Assembly: GCA_037310415.1 (NCBI GenBank) | Contig: CP147780.1 | Span: forward strand, 288,001-352,000 | Length of the DNA: 64,000 bases | Origin: Candidatus Atabeyarchaeum deiterrae | GTDB taxonomy: Archaea > Asgardarchaeota > Atabeyarchaeia > Atabeyarchaeales > Atabeyarchaeaceae | Direction: 5' to 3' | Made by a program: the position numbers and the translations under genes | The notes under the pieces: generated by a model | Databases searched by the model: none | Told to the model about the DNA's origin: nothing | What the model saw: only the letters and a program-made list of their open reading frames with translations | Shown: positions 30,192 to 39,351 of the stretch, one piece after another | Numbering within the stretch: position 1 is the stretch's first letter | Layout: every line of letters starts with the position of its first letter

Positions 30192-31400
30192 ATGAGCGAG
30201 TTCTCAGTAGATTCAGTAATGACATGGTATGACGAGAAGACTAAGGAATTGTCTGCCGACTTCGCTTCCGAAGTGAACAGGAGACTCGATAAGATCAGGG
30301 GGGCGATCAAGGACATCGGACTGGTCCTCCACCAAATGGGCACTTTAAAGCCGACTGAACAGGATGAGATTGTGAAGGCTTCGCTAGATAGGTTCATTGA
30401 GAAAATAATGTCAACGACTGAACAGATCGCGTTTCCTGACGACCTCACGTATTCAATTGTAGGCGAATTCCTGAGCAGACTCGAAAGATCAGTCACGGAG
30501 ATATACGATGCTGGGAGAAGATGGATCCCGAAGTTCAGAGGACGACAATATAAGTCAGTTCTAATCGACTTGGACAAACATTTCCGCGACCTAACAAAGG
30601 AAACCCACACACTTGATAACATCTGCAAAAACTACAGACACTTAACAGTTGTTGAAAGGGTCAGAGAAGACATCGGCGAACTCAAAGAAATGCTAACGAG
30701 GATACCTGAAGTCAATGATGAGATCGAAGAAAAGCAGAAGAAGCTCGGATCGGCTGAGAAATCAGTCAGAGCAAATGAGTCACGCATAAAAGAGTATAAG
30801 AGTCGAACGGGGGTCCATGAGAAAGAGGAAATCGATAGGGAACTTGACGGAATCCGTCAGACTCTAACTAGCCAACTTGATCTACTGAGGAAGGCAATGT
30901 CAAAACTGAGAGATTCAGCAGAAGGGGGTTCCGTCCACATAAAACCAGAGGACATAACAACAATAGAATTGTATTCCCGTGATCTCCCCGAAGCCCTTAA
31001 CAGTGAGCCCGATGGTTGCCCTGGTTTGAAAGACCTGCTATCGAGTATGCGGCACAATATCGATAGCCTAGGATTGGAAGGTAGCAAGAAGAGGAGAACA
31101 CTGAAACGCATAGAGAGTCTGCTCGAGAGTGACCTGTTGCCGCCAGTTCAGAAGAGGGTCAAACAACTTCTGCAAAGGAAAAGCGAACTACTGCAGTCTT
31201 ATAAGCCTGACGAAGAAGAGAGACTGGCCACGGAACTTGAGGAGTCGAAGAAGCATCTGCGCGATGAGGAGACTAGGACGCACCGATCTGAAGAAGAACT
31301 TGCTCAGCTGAACTCGAAGCTGAAGGATAAAGCTAAAGCGATCACTTCAGAGATAGCGAAACTCACTGGGCAGAAGATACATATTTCACTGAAGAGCTAG
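30192..31400 (+). CDS. Coiled-coil hypothetical protein
   Basis: 402-aa ORF, E/K/L-rich heptads, TATA-like element upstream. Confidence 0.7.
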   Translation: MSEFSVDSVMTWYDEKTKELSADFASEVNRRLDKIRGAIKDIGLVLHQMGTLKPTEQDEIVKASLDRFIEKIMSTTEQIAFPDDLTYSIVGEFLSRLERSVTEIYDAGRRWIPKFRGRQYKSVLIDLDKHFRDLTKETHTLDNICKNYRHLTVVERVREDIGELKEMLTRIPEVNDEIEEKQKKLGSAEKSVRANESRIKEYKSRTGVHEKEEIDRELDGIRQTLTSQLDLLRKAMSKLRDSAEGGSVHIKPEDITTIELYSRDLPEALNSEPDGCPGLKDLLSSMRHNIDSLGLEGSKKRRTLKRIESLLESDLLPPVQKRVKQLLQRKSELLQSYKPDEEERLATELEESKKHLRDEETRTHRSEEELAQLNSKLKDKAKAITSEIAKLTGQKIHISLKS

Positions 31401-31414
31401 AAGTCGATGTTTTT

Positions 31415-32560
31415 CTAATCAATAATCGCGTCTAATGCCACCTGCCATTGATGAGGAGCAATAGATTTCACCAGCCTTCCCTGAACTATGCGGTGCAATT
31501 TTCTACCTGAAGACTCAATCTTACTGCGGAGTAGCACACTGGCTCGCTCTATAGGATTTGGTTCAACTTCAGATCGATAGAAGTGTACCTTACCGCCTTG
31601 TGATCTTAAGGTGAGACAAGCTACATCTACATACTCCAAGGACTCATATGGGAGATTCATTATTACTCTGTCAGCTGCTCCTTTAAACTCCTCAGAAACG
31701 ACTTCACGTGCGTTCCCGAGGATGGGCGATACAAGTCGCTCAACCTTGTTCAGCCCACAGTTGATTCTCAAGTACTTGATGGCATCAGGATTTATGTCAA
31801 TCGAGTGAACCTTTGCTCCACTCTTCTTGGCAATAAGTATTGAAAAGGGGCCCACGCCTGCAAACATGTCGACCACAACTTCATTCGAGTTAGTTTGAGA
31901 AGCAACCCGCAAGCGTTCGGTGGCAAGTCTGGGACTGAAATAGACTTTTGTGACATCTAACATGTATTTGCAGCCGTGTTCCTTATGTGTGGTCTCGGTT
32001 TTGAGGTCGCCCAATAGGTGTTCGTAGTTTCTTATCCTGAAAGTTCCATCAACTGCGCCACTTTTGGAGAGAACGGTTTTCACACCTTTGTGGACTTTAA
32101 CGATTGCCTCTGCAATGAGTCTCTTATAGCCTGCTAGCTCTGGAGGAACCTCAATGACAGCGATGTCACCTATTATGTCGAATGAATGCTTAACATGTTC
32201 CAGCACGGATGGATCCATGCAGCCACTCAATGCTTCGACAATACTGTGTGGGCGCCTTACCTTGTGAAGGATTTTTGGCTCGATGCTTATTGTTTTCGCT
32301 TTGTGGGTGAGATTCCTGATTAATCTCCACTCTTGGGAACTTGGCGCTCTTAGTAAGGGAAACTGAATCAAGTCCTTGTCTCTGGTGATTTCTCTTTGCG
32401 TATCTAGAAGTGAAGCGTGCTTGAGCAATTGCCTTATTCGTTCGCCAAGGTTCTTTGGAACGCCCAGACACAGTGAGTCGTCTCTCATCTGAACACTCCC
32501 AGTTGCGTTAGACGCCTTATGTTTGCGATCTTCATATGTTGGCAATACTTGACAAAACAA
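31415..32560 (-). CDS. trm5: tRNA (guanine-37-N1) methyltransferase, Trm5 family
   Basis: FDIIGDIA, VYFSPRLATER, DMFAGVGPF and VIMNLP motifs; start uncertain. Confidence 0.85.
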   Translation of the reverse strand: MFCQVLPTYEDRKHKASNATGSVQMRDDSLCLGVPKNLGERIRQLLKHASLLDTQREITRDKDLIQFPLLRAPSSQEWRLIRNLTHKAKTISIEPKILHKVRRPHSIVEALSGCMDPSVLEHVKHSFDIIGDIAVIEVPPELAGYKRLIAEAIVKVHKGVKTVLSKSGAVDGTFRIRNYEHLLGDLKTETTHKEHGCKYMLDVTKVYFSPRLATERLRVASQTNSNEVVVDMFAGVGPFSILIAKKSGAKVHSIDINPDAIKYLRINCGLNKVERLVSPILGNAREVVSEEFKGAADRVIMNLPYESLEYVDVACLTLRSQGGKVHFYRSEVEPNPIERASVLLRSKIESSGRKLHRIVQGRLVKSIAPHQWQVALDAIID

Positions 32561-32603
32561 ATAGGCGTACGAACTACATTATTGAATCTATCGCCATCAA
32601 GTC

Positions 32604-32620
32604 CCAAAAAAAGTTTATAA
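32604..32620 (+). promoter_or_regulatory. Putative BRE/TATA promoter of tRNA-Lys
   Basis: CCAAAAAAAG-TTTATAA about 67 nt upstream of the tRNA. Confidence 0.4.
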
Positions 32621-32686
32621 TGTCGTAGGTCATTCCTTTTACATCTAACAACTTATCATAAAGGTTTAGGCTGAACAGAGAATTGT

Positions 32687-32799
32687 GGGCCTGTAGCTCA
32701 GCCAGGTAGAGAACCAAAAAAATGGAGAACCTGCTAAGTGCCTAAAGCGTCGGGCTCTTAACCCGATGGCCAGGGGTTCAACTCCCCCCAGGCCCGCCA
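32687..32799 (+). tRNA. tRNA-Lys(CTT) with a 36-nt intron at position 22/23 (about 32710-32745); CCA is encoded
   Basis: Acceptor stem GGGCCTG/CAGGCCC, D-stem GCTC/GAGC restored after intron removal, anticodon arm TCGGG-CTCTTAA-CCCGA, T-loop TTCAACT, 3' GCCA. Confidence 0.9.
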
Positions 32800-32856
32800 T
32801 CCATAATCTGCGTCGAGTTCTGTACCTTCAGGACAAGCAGAGTTTCTGGGGATTTA

Positions 32857-33282
32857 CTAGAAGTCCACTTGAACGGTTACATACACCTTGTTCTTCGAGT
32901 TCCTCAACACTCTGATGATATTTCGATCAATTTCTGCGGCGGATTTGTCCGCTCTCACCATCAGAGTTCGCCCGCACACGAAGCTGCTTTTCCGACAGAC
33001 AATATCTTCGGTGCTTGTAAGCGAGAGGCGAGGGTCACCAACCCCCTTGATTACTTCTTCAAGGCCATCAACCTCGAGTCTTAGTGTTACGTCTGAGGAG
33101 TGTTTTCTAAGAAGTCTTCTAAGGGGTTCACCAAAGTCGCTTAACGATTTACTTGCACGGACGGCGACTATGCAATCTCCTCGGACAGTGACTTCTCCTG
33201 CTCTAGTTATTTCCAAGGTTGTCGGATGGGTACCCCGAATATTCGCGTGTCCGCAAGCGGTTAGCGACTCAGCAATTTTCAT
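32857..33282 (-). CDS. DUF371 family protein
   Basis: GHANIRGTHPTTLEIT, GDCIVAV, RKSSF and ADKSAAEIDR motifs. Confidence 0.85.
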   Translation of the reverse strand: MKIAESLTACGHANIRGTHPTTLEITRAGEVTVRGDCIVAVRASKSLSDFGEPLRRLLRKHSSDVTLRLEVDGLEEVIKGVGDPRLSLTSTEDIVCRKSSFVCGRTLMVRADKSAAEIDRNIIRVLRNSKNKVYVTVQVDF

Positions 33283-33482
33283 TACAGTAACACCCAAGAC
33301 AATACAAATGAGTGGCACTAGCTGGCAGTGGTCTATCTTTTTAATACCACCGGAGCCTCTTATTACTATATGCCCGTTTCCGATTGGGTTCCTCCACACC
33401 AACAGGCAGTTAAATAGAATCAGTAGATTGTAGAAGGTAGAGCAGGGTTCTTCCCACTTGATAGGTGGTGATTGGTGAAGGA

Positions 33483-34195
33483 ATGAAGGATCTAACTGAT
33501 GCTAAAGAGAAGCTCAAACAGCGTTTCATTGAAGAGGGTATTGTGAGCAGCTCAAGTGTCATTAATGCATTCATGAATGTCCCCCGGGAAGAATTCGTTC
33601 CCCCGAACATTAGGGAAGATGCGTACGACGACCGCCCGCTTCCAATAGCAGCTGGTCAAACAATAAGCGCACCACATTACTTGGTCTGTCCCAAGTAAGG
33701 TGAAACATGGTTGTCATAATGTGCGAGCAGCTGAGGCTGGAAGAAGGGAATAAGGTATTGGAGGTAGGGGCAGGCTCAGGTTACCATGCAGCTATTTGCG
33801 CGGAAATTGTTGCTCCACCTGCATCTAATAATCCTGGATACGTCTACTCGGTAGAGAGAATATCATCTTTGGCGAAATGGGCCAGGGAGAATCTGAAGAG
33901 AACTGGATACGCTAATCGTGTGAAGGTAATCGTTGGAGATGGGACAATGGGTTATCGAGAAGCCATGCCTTATGACAGGATACTTGTCACGGCTTCGGCG
34001 CCGAGAATACCCGAACCACTGGTAGAACAGCTGAGAGTAGGGGGCACAATGGCAATACCGATAGGGGAAAAGTATGGCTGGCAAGAGCTTGTTCTTGTCA
34101 AGAAAGTGAAAGAGGAAGAAGTTGTTACAACTAATTTTGGTGGAGTAGCTTTTGTGCCGCTAATCGGCGAGCATGGCTGGAATAACGAAGAATAA
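33483..34195 (+). CDS. pcm: Protein-L-isoaspartate O-methyltransferase; two exons, 33483-33675 and 33705-34195 (227 aa spliced)
   Basis: VPREEF, AYDDRPLPI and GQTISAPH in exon 1; MVVIM, VLEVGAGSGY, GDGTMG, PYDRI and FVPL in exon 2; joined in frame after removing 29 nt. Confidence 0.9.
33676..33704 (+). other. Candidate BHB-type mRNA intron (29 nt) in pcm
   Basis: CACC-ACA-TTACTTGG-(TCTGTC)-CCAAGTAA-GGTG-AAA: a 4-bp helix, two 3-nt bulges and an 8-bp stem; canonical cuts give CCA CAC ATG (P-H-M). Confidence 0.85.
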
Positions 34196-34388
34196 CACTT
34201 GTTCGTCCTTCTTGTTTCTTCCATCGCATTGTCGCCAGCAAGGTAAGTCTTCAAGAATCCTCGATGCAGATGTTTCTATTCTCACGGGTTGTTCAAAGTT
34301 TATATATAGGGGTAGAATCGAGAATAGAGAGTATCGTTGGAGTAGTTTGACTCAAGGCGGACGGTGAATTACAACGGCAGTAGAGATA

Positions 34389-35216
34389 GTGAAGAAAGCA
34401 CTCCAATTGAGATCACAAGGATCCACCGAAGAAGCGGCGAAGCTCTATTTGCAGGCTGCAATCGACTTTGAGAAGAATGGAAAAGTTGCCGATGCGGCTC
34501 AAGCATACAACGAGGCAGGACTACTTCTGGCTGAAACTGGAAAAGATGAGGACGGCGTGAAGCTCTACCTCAAAGCAATTGAGGCTTTCGACAAAGTGAG
34601 AGACTCAGAAGGAAAAGCTGATTCCAGCTACAACGCCTGTGTCGCCTTCAACAATCTAGGATCTTACGAAGAAGCTGCCAAAAACTGCTCCGTTGCCTTA
34701 AAGATCTACGAGGAATCAAAGAGTGAGGAGAAAATGGGAGACGCACTGTACGGCCTCGGACTCGCATACATGGGTCAAGGCAAGTTCGATGATGGATTGA
34801 ACTTGTTCAACAGGGCACTTGACATATGCAAGAGAATGGGCAACTTTGAAGGAATCATGAGTATCTCTCTTGATATCGGCAACACGTATCTCAAGAAAGA
34901 GGATTTTGAAAAAGCACTTGATTCTTTCAAATCAGCTCTATCCGTTGCTCAGAAGCTGAAGGACGACGGAAGCATAGCTGATACTCTCAGCGCCATGGGA
35001 GAAGCATATGAACTATCTGAAGACTACAGAAGATCCGCCGACTCGTTTTTGTCCGCGGCGGAAAAATACTTGAACGCAGGAATGGGGGAGCTGGCAGAAG
35101 AATACACTTATCGTATCGAGAACCTGCTTCCAGAACTCACCAGTGTGACAGCCGACAAGATGAAGAAGAGAGTAGAAGAGATACGTAGTGGGATTACCAA
35201 GCAGCAAAAACAATGA
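34389..35216 (+). CDS. Tetratricopeptide-repeat protein
   Basis: Repeated A..Y..A, ALYGLG.AY...G and DIGNTY TPR patterns. Confidence 0.85.
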   Translation: MKKALQLRSQGSTEEAAKLYLQAAIDFEKNGKVADAAQAYNEAGLLLAETGKDEDGVKLYLKAIEAFDKVRDSEGKADSSYNACVAFNNLGSYEEAAKNCSVALKIYEESKSEEKMGDALYGLGLAYMGQGKFDDGLNLFNRALDICKRMGNFEGIMSISLDIGNTYLKKEDFEKALDSFKSALSVAQKLKDDGSIADTLSAMGEAYELSEDYRRSADSFLSAAEKYLNAGMGELAEEYTYRIENLLPELTSVTADKMKKRVEEIRSGITKQQKQ

Positions 35217-35265
35217 TCCTTCCTAGATGTTAACAAACACAGCAGACAGGAAAATCAACTCAGGA

Positions 35266-35799
35266 TCACATTACTCTCGTAGAGAATCGCTGGAATATCC
35301 TTTTTGCCACCATCGTAAACGCACTGTTGATTAGCTCACCTGTCTTTGCGCTTGTCTCAAAAAACTCAGCGCCAAGCTGTGACGCTTTTTGCTGTCCTTC
35401 AACCCTCTTAACAGCCCTATCATTATCAAGGTCCATCTTGTTGCCAATCAAAGTGAAGGGAATATCGCCACAAACTTCCTTGACTTCCCTGCTCCACTTC
35501 GGTATGACGTCAAACGATTTTCTGTCTGAAATACTGTAGACTAGCATAGCGGCCCTTGCGCCGGGATAGTAGAAGGATCTTATCCGCATGAATTGCGCCT
35601 GCCCCCCAAGATCCCACAACTGTAACTTCACCTGTTGATCATTCACATTCAAGGTTTTTACGGCAAAATTGGTTCCGATTGTTGTTATGTATTCCCCTAG
35701 AAAGCGATCTTGCGTGTACCGCAGAATAAGGGAAGTCTTCCCAACTCCGCCTTCTCCCACGACTACTACCTTAAATACATACTTAGGGGATTGAAGCAT
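35266..35799 (-). CDS. Rab-like small GTPase (Ras superfamily)
   Basis: GEGGVGKTS, TIGTNF, KLQLWDLGGQ, GNKMD and ETSAK motifs; no C-terminal Cys prenylation motif. Confidence 0.92.
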   Translation of the reverse strand: MLQSPKYVFKVVVVGEGGVGKTSLILRYTQDRFLGEYITTIGTNFAVKTLNVNDQQVKLQLWDLGGQAQFMRIRSFYYPGARAAMLVYSISDRKSFDVIPKWSREVKEVCGDIPFTLIGNKMDLDNDRAVKRVEGQQKASQLGAEFFETSAKTGELINSAFTMVAKRIFQRFSTRVM

Positions 35800-35915
35800 C
35801 TCATTATTCCCCCTTAACCACGTACTAGTAATCATAATATCAACCTATATTGTTTTCTAGGAGTCACACTTGATCTTCGTTTAATGGTGACTTGTTCGCA
35901 ATGCAAAACAGATTC

Positions 35916-36710
35916 CTACTGACGATTATCGTTTCCGCTTGATTCTGCTTTGACATAAGGGGACATCAGTATCTTCTTTGCCTTCTCGATTATGGAAGGC
36001 CCTATTCCTTTGACTTCAGAAATTGATCCTGTTAAGCGCTTGGTCTTACCCGTCTTGGATTGCTTCACATCGCTTTCGGCGATCCCTTTGAACACACTAT
36101 AGGGTGTCTGGGCCTTTAAAAGAAGACTTTCCGCCAGAGTGACCCCGATGTTTGGCAGACCTGAAATCAAGTATTGTTGTTGTTGAGCGAGGGTAAGCAT
36201 CTTTTCTTTCGGTCTTATAACTACTGGACGCTTATCTTTTACTTGTTCACAGTAGGCCACTCGCTCAATGAACCTGGCAGTATGTTTGACGTCTGGAGTC
36301 GGTACTATTGGCAACTTTAGCTCGACTGCAATACTGGCGATTGCTCCCCACACCGAGCTTTCATTTATCCTCGTGAACTTGAAAATAAGAGACATATATC
36401 CTTCGAGAATAAGAATAGGAATCTCGTAGGCGTCCTTAAGTCTGGAACACTCGTCAAATATCCTGCTAGTGTAGATCGAGTTTGCAAGTTCCTTAACATT
36501 CTTCCTTTCAAAGGCCACACGATCAGACGCTACATAGTCGCCTACGCTCAGTTGTCTTTCAACGACATTAACGTCAAGTTCTCTTAGGTATTCAGCAACT
36601 TTCGAACGGAGCTCTCTCTTATCGACAAATACAGTTACTCTCTGAGAAACGGACTCATCATGCTTATTTTGACATGAGTTCAAAGTTCTTTGGTCCATAC
36701 ACAATAGCAC
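35916..36710 (-). CDS. xpf: ERCC4-domain nuclease (short XPF form with HhH2)
   Basis: VDKRE, GDYVAS, ERK, GLPNIG and VKGIG motifs. Confidence 0.88.
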   Translation of the reverse strand: MLLCMDQRTLNSCQNKHDESVSQRVTVFVDKRELRSKVAEYLRELDVNVVERQLSVGDYVASDRVAFERKNVKELANSIYTSRIFDECSRLKDAYEIPILILEGYMSLIFKFTRINESSVWGAIASIAVELKLPIVPTPDVKHTARFIERVAYCEQVKDKRPVVIRPKEKMLTLAQQQQYLISGLPNIGVTLAESLLLKAQTPYSVFKGIAESDVKQSKTGKTKRLTGSISEVKGIGPSIIEKAKKILMSPYVKAESSGNDNRQ

Positions 36711-37030
36711 TCCCTACGCTAACTTATAAGACAAGCAGAATCCTGGAAACATGTACTAAATGACTTATCGCTATAAATATTCTTAAACATCCGTACGCGG
36801 AAGGAATACTTAGAAGATAGCAGTTCAATTTCGAGATCTAATTAGGTAGCGTTCGAGACCCGTAAAACATAGACATTTCAGCTGCTGATTTGGCTAGCAT
36901 GAGAATACGACATTCAAAGTCATGCGAGAAGGAATCAACTCAATCTTGCTAGTGGTTTAGAAAATCTTCTGACGAGAATTGGAAGACCCAGAATGAAAAC
37001 TTTCTTAATGAAAGCCCGTCTCTTGGTTTC

Positions 37031-37504
37031 CTATCGCTTCCTAGACTTTGCAGAACTGTGTCCCTTGGTTCCTGCGGACTTGGCTGCCTTTTGTTTTTTG
37101 CGAGGCTTCGAGGTTTTCTTTTCTTCTGCACGCATGACCTCGAGTTTCTGTCTTACCTTCTCTCTTTCGCGATCTTCGTCATGCCTCTGAACGCTTTCCT
37201 TCAAAGGTAGTAACTCTCGGTTGACATCGAATAGGCGAAGCAAATGTTGCTTGACTTGTTTGTCGTGTTGTTTTGCAGTGATCTTTCCTGCCTCATACTG
37301 TTCTTCCAGAGTCTTAATCTGGGCACGTAGATTCTCGCATTCAGTAGAAAGCTCAGTTATCTTCTTCACCGTGGAAGCATACTCTTCCTCATTAAGAGTG
37401 ACCAGTTCGTGTTTCGCTCGTTTCGGAGAAGCACGTCGTGCCTTCACGCCAATTACATTCTTCGATCGCATGGGTTGCGATTCCCCCAATATGACTTTCC
37501 GCAT
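37031..37504 (-). CDS. Coiled-coil protein with a steadiness-box-like segment and basic tail
   Basis: IKTLEEQYEAGKITAKQHDK...LF resembles IRSLEEKYEAGDISPTDYTK...LF of the Vps23-like protein at 57161. Confidence 0.6.
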   Translation of the reverse strand: MRKVILGESQPMRSKNVIGVKARRASPKRAKHELVTLNEEEYASTVKKITELSTECENLRAQIKTLEEQYEAGKITAKQHDKQVKQHLLRLFDVNRELLPLKESVQRHDEDREREKVRQKLEVMRAEEKKTSKPRKKQKAAKSAGTKGHSSAKSRKR

Positions 37505-37732
37505 CTGCTTTTCCTAAATAATACTCATTGACTTGGGCTTTATGAGCATTTCCGATAAGAGTAGCTTGAACTAAAGATGGTTTGCGAAGTAGACAACGAC
37601 AAGAGCATGGGTGAAGTCCTTGACTTCTCGAGGCTTCAATCAAAGAGGTCACGACAAAACTGGGATTTTTTGGCTTTCTTGTGAAAGAGTGTTTATAAAG
37701 TCGTATTACGTGAGTATTACTGGGACTCGGAT

Positions 37733-38173
37733 TTGAGCGAAGTCAACCGCATGAGTTCACCAAGATCTGGAACATCATCCGGAAAGACCTCTATCTGGCA
37801 GAGAGATGAGCTTCTTCTAGTTCTAAAGTGCACCAGTAGATGCCTCCCTTTGGAAGATATGGTAAAGTTCGTCGACTTCTTGGAAAGTGTCCTACCTTCC
37901 GAGAAAATCATCAAGTTCCCGACAGTTTCCTCCATCAGTAAGCAATTGGAGCAAATGGTCAAAACGGCATTGTTAGAGAAGAGAGGCGGTTGCTATAGGC
38001 TAGCTGAAAGAGGCGTTAAATTCGCGGATGAAGCAGAACTCTCAATGGAAACAGATGAGGAAGTCGATACGATATGGCACGCTGCCAGAAACGCGCTTGT
38101 GAACCTTCCTTCGAATAGGTTGATGTGGGATTCTCACCTATTTTCTGCTTTGAAAGAAATAAAGGGAGAATGA
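37733..38173 (+). CDS. Hypothetical protein, possibly winged-helix
   Basis: LEQMVKTALLEKRGGCYRLAERG resembles a wing motif; TTTATA upstream. Confidence 0.55.
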   Translation: MSEVNRMSSPRSGTSSGKTSIWQRDELLLVLKCTSRCLPLEDMVKFVDFLESVLPSEKIIKFPTVSSISKQLEQMVKTALLEKRGGCYRLAERGVKFADEAELSMETDEEVDTIWHAARNALVNLPSNRLMWDSHLFSALKEIKGE

Positions 38174-38257
38174 TTTGCCCATAAGACAATAGCAAAGGGC
38201 TTTCAATATCAAAATGCATATTAACTGCAGGGCTGCGATAACTAGTTTTGTCAAACC

Positions 38258-38896
38258 TTGGAAGGGTTAGAAGAAATGCTTTCTAGCAGGAAAAAGAGAT
38301 TCTCAAGATTGCTCTACCCTTTTGCGAAAGCCCTCGAGAAGATGCACCTCTCACCTAATGCGGTAACTGCCTTAGGGTTTTTCCTTACCATGTTGGTCGC
38401 CCCTTCCATAATCCTCGCGAATTATATCCTGGCTGGTATATTGGTATTCGCCGCAGGGTTCTGTGACGTGTTAGATGGTGCACTCGCCAGAATGACCAAT
38501 AGAGTTACAGCACTTGGCGGATTCATTGATTCAGTTTTGGACAGATACTCAGATGCCATAATTCTCCTCGCAATGGTATTTGCGGGACTCTGCAACGTCG
38601 TATGGGGCTTCATAGCATTAGTTGGCTCGCTACTGGTCAGCTATTCAAGAGCCAGAGTTGAGGCGTATGGGGTCAAGCACTTCGTAGTAGGATTTGCTGA
38701 GAGACCAATAAGACTTCTCTTACTTGGTTTCGCACTCTTGCTTGAGAGCTGGTTTCCTAGAACTGTGAACTATAGCGTGATTGCTCTTGCAATCCTCACA
38801 CATCTTACCGTGCTTCAGCGTGCCATATCGGCGAAAGATGTGCTTACAGCTGGCAACAAGCAAGCCAAGCCTAGGTCAGATCGAAGGCGTTCTTGA
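38258..38896 (+). CDS. CDP-alcohol phosphatidyltransferase (archaetidylinositol phosphate synthase-like)
   Basis: SPNAVT, DVLDGALAR...GGFIDSVLDRYSD and SYSRAR motifs. Confidence 0.9.
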   Translation: MEGLEEMLSSRKKRFSRLLYPFAKALEKMHLSPNAVTALGFFLTMLVAPSIILANYILAGILVFAAGFCDVLDGALARMTNRVTALGGFIDSVLDRYSDAIILLAMVFAGLCNVVWGFIALVGSLLVSYSRARVEAYGVKHFVVGFAERPIRLLLLGFALLLESWFPRTVNYSVIALAILTHLTVLQRAISAKDVLTAGNKQAKPRSDRRRS

Positions 38897-39218
38897 TCAG
38901 TTTGTTCAAGAACGTTTTTGCATTCTCCATCGCACGTTTGCCTTCCTCGGTTATCGCATAGTACTTCCTGTCGGGTTTTCCCTTTCGTTCAGCCACATCT
39001 CGTTTGACTTCTACTAACCCCTCACGAGCCATCTTGTAAAGTATGACATAGGATGATACTGTTGCTGGCTTGAAACCGAATCGATCGTTAATCATGGCAC
39101 GTATCTCGTAGCCATATCGAGGGCGTTCTTGGAGAAGGCGAAGAATGTAGACCCAAAGGTTCTCTCTAGTCAGTTTTGACATGAACCTTCGCAAAGCCTT
39201 GGAGTTGTCTTCCGCCAA
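38871..39218 (-). CDS. PadR-family transcriptional regulator
   Basis: YGYEI and RKYYAITEEG motifs. Confidence 0.85.
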   Translation of the reverse strand: MAEDNSKALRRFMSKLTRENLWVYILRLLQERPRYGYEIRAMINDRFGFKPATVSSYVILYKMAREGLVEVKRDVAERKGKPDRKYYAITEEGKRAMENAKTFLNKLIKNAFDLT

Positions 39219-39351
39219 AGAGCCGACCTCCAGACGAGTAGCAACAGCATAAAGAAACTCTGTAAACGCCTCAAAAGGCAGTTTCTATTCTGGCGCTATT
39301 CACTAATTTAGTTTTTGTATGAGAGAACACCCATATCATGTTGGTCGGATT

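Noticed and set aside
36020-36085. In-frame insertion in the XPF HhH region as a third mRNA intron
   Set aside because: I found no BHB geometry; the insertion is in frame and reads as a plausible protein loop.
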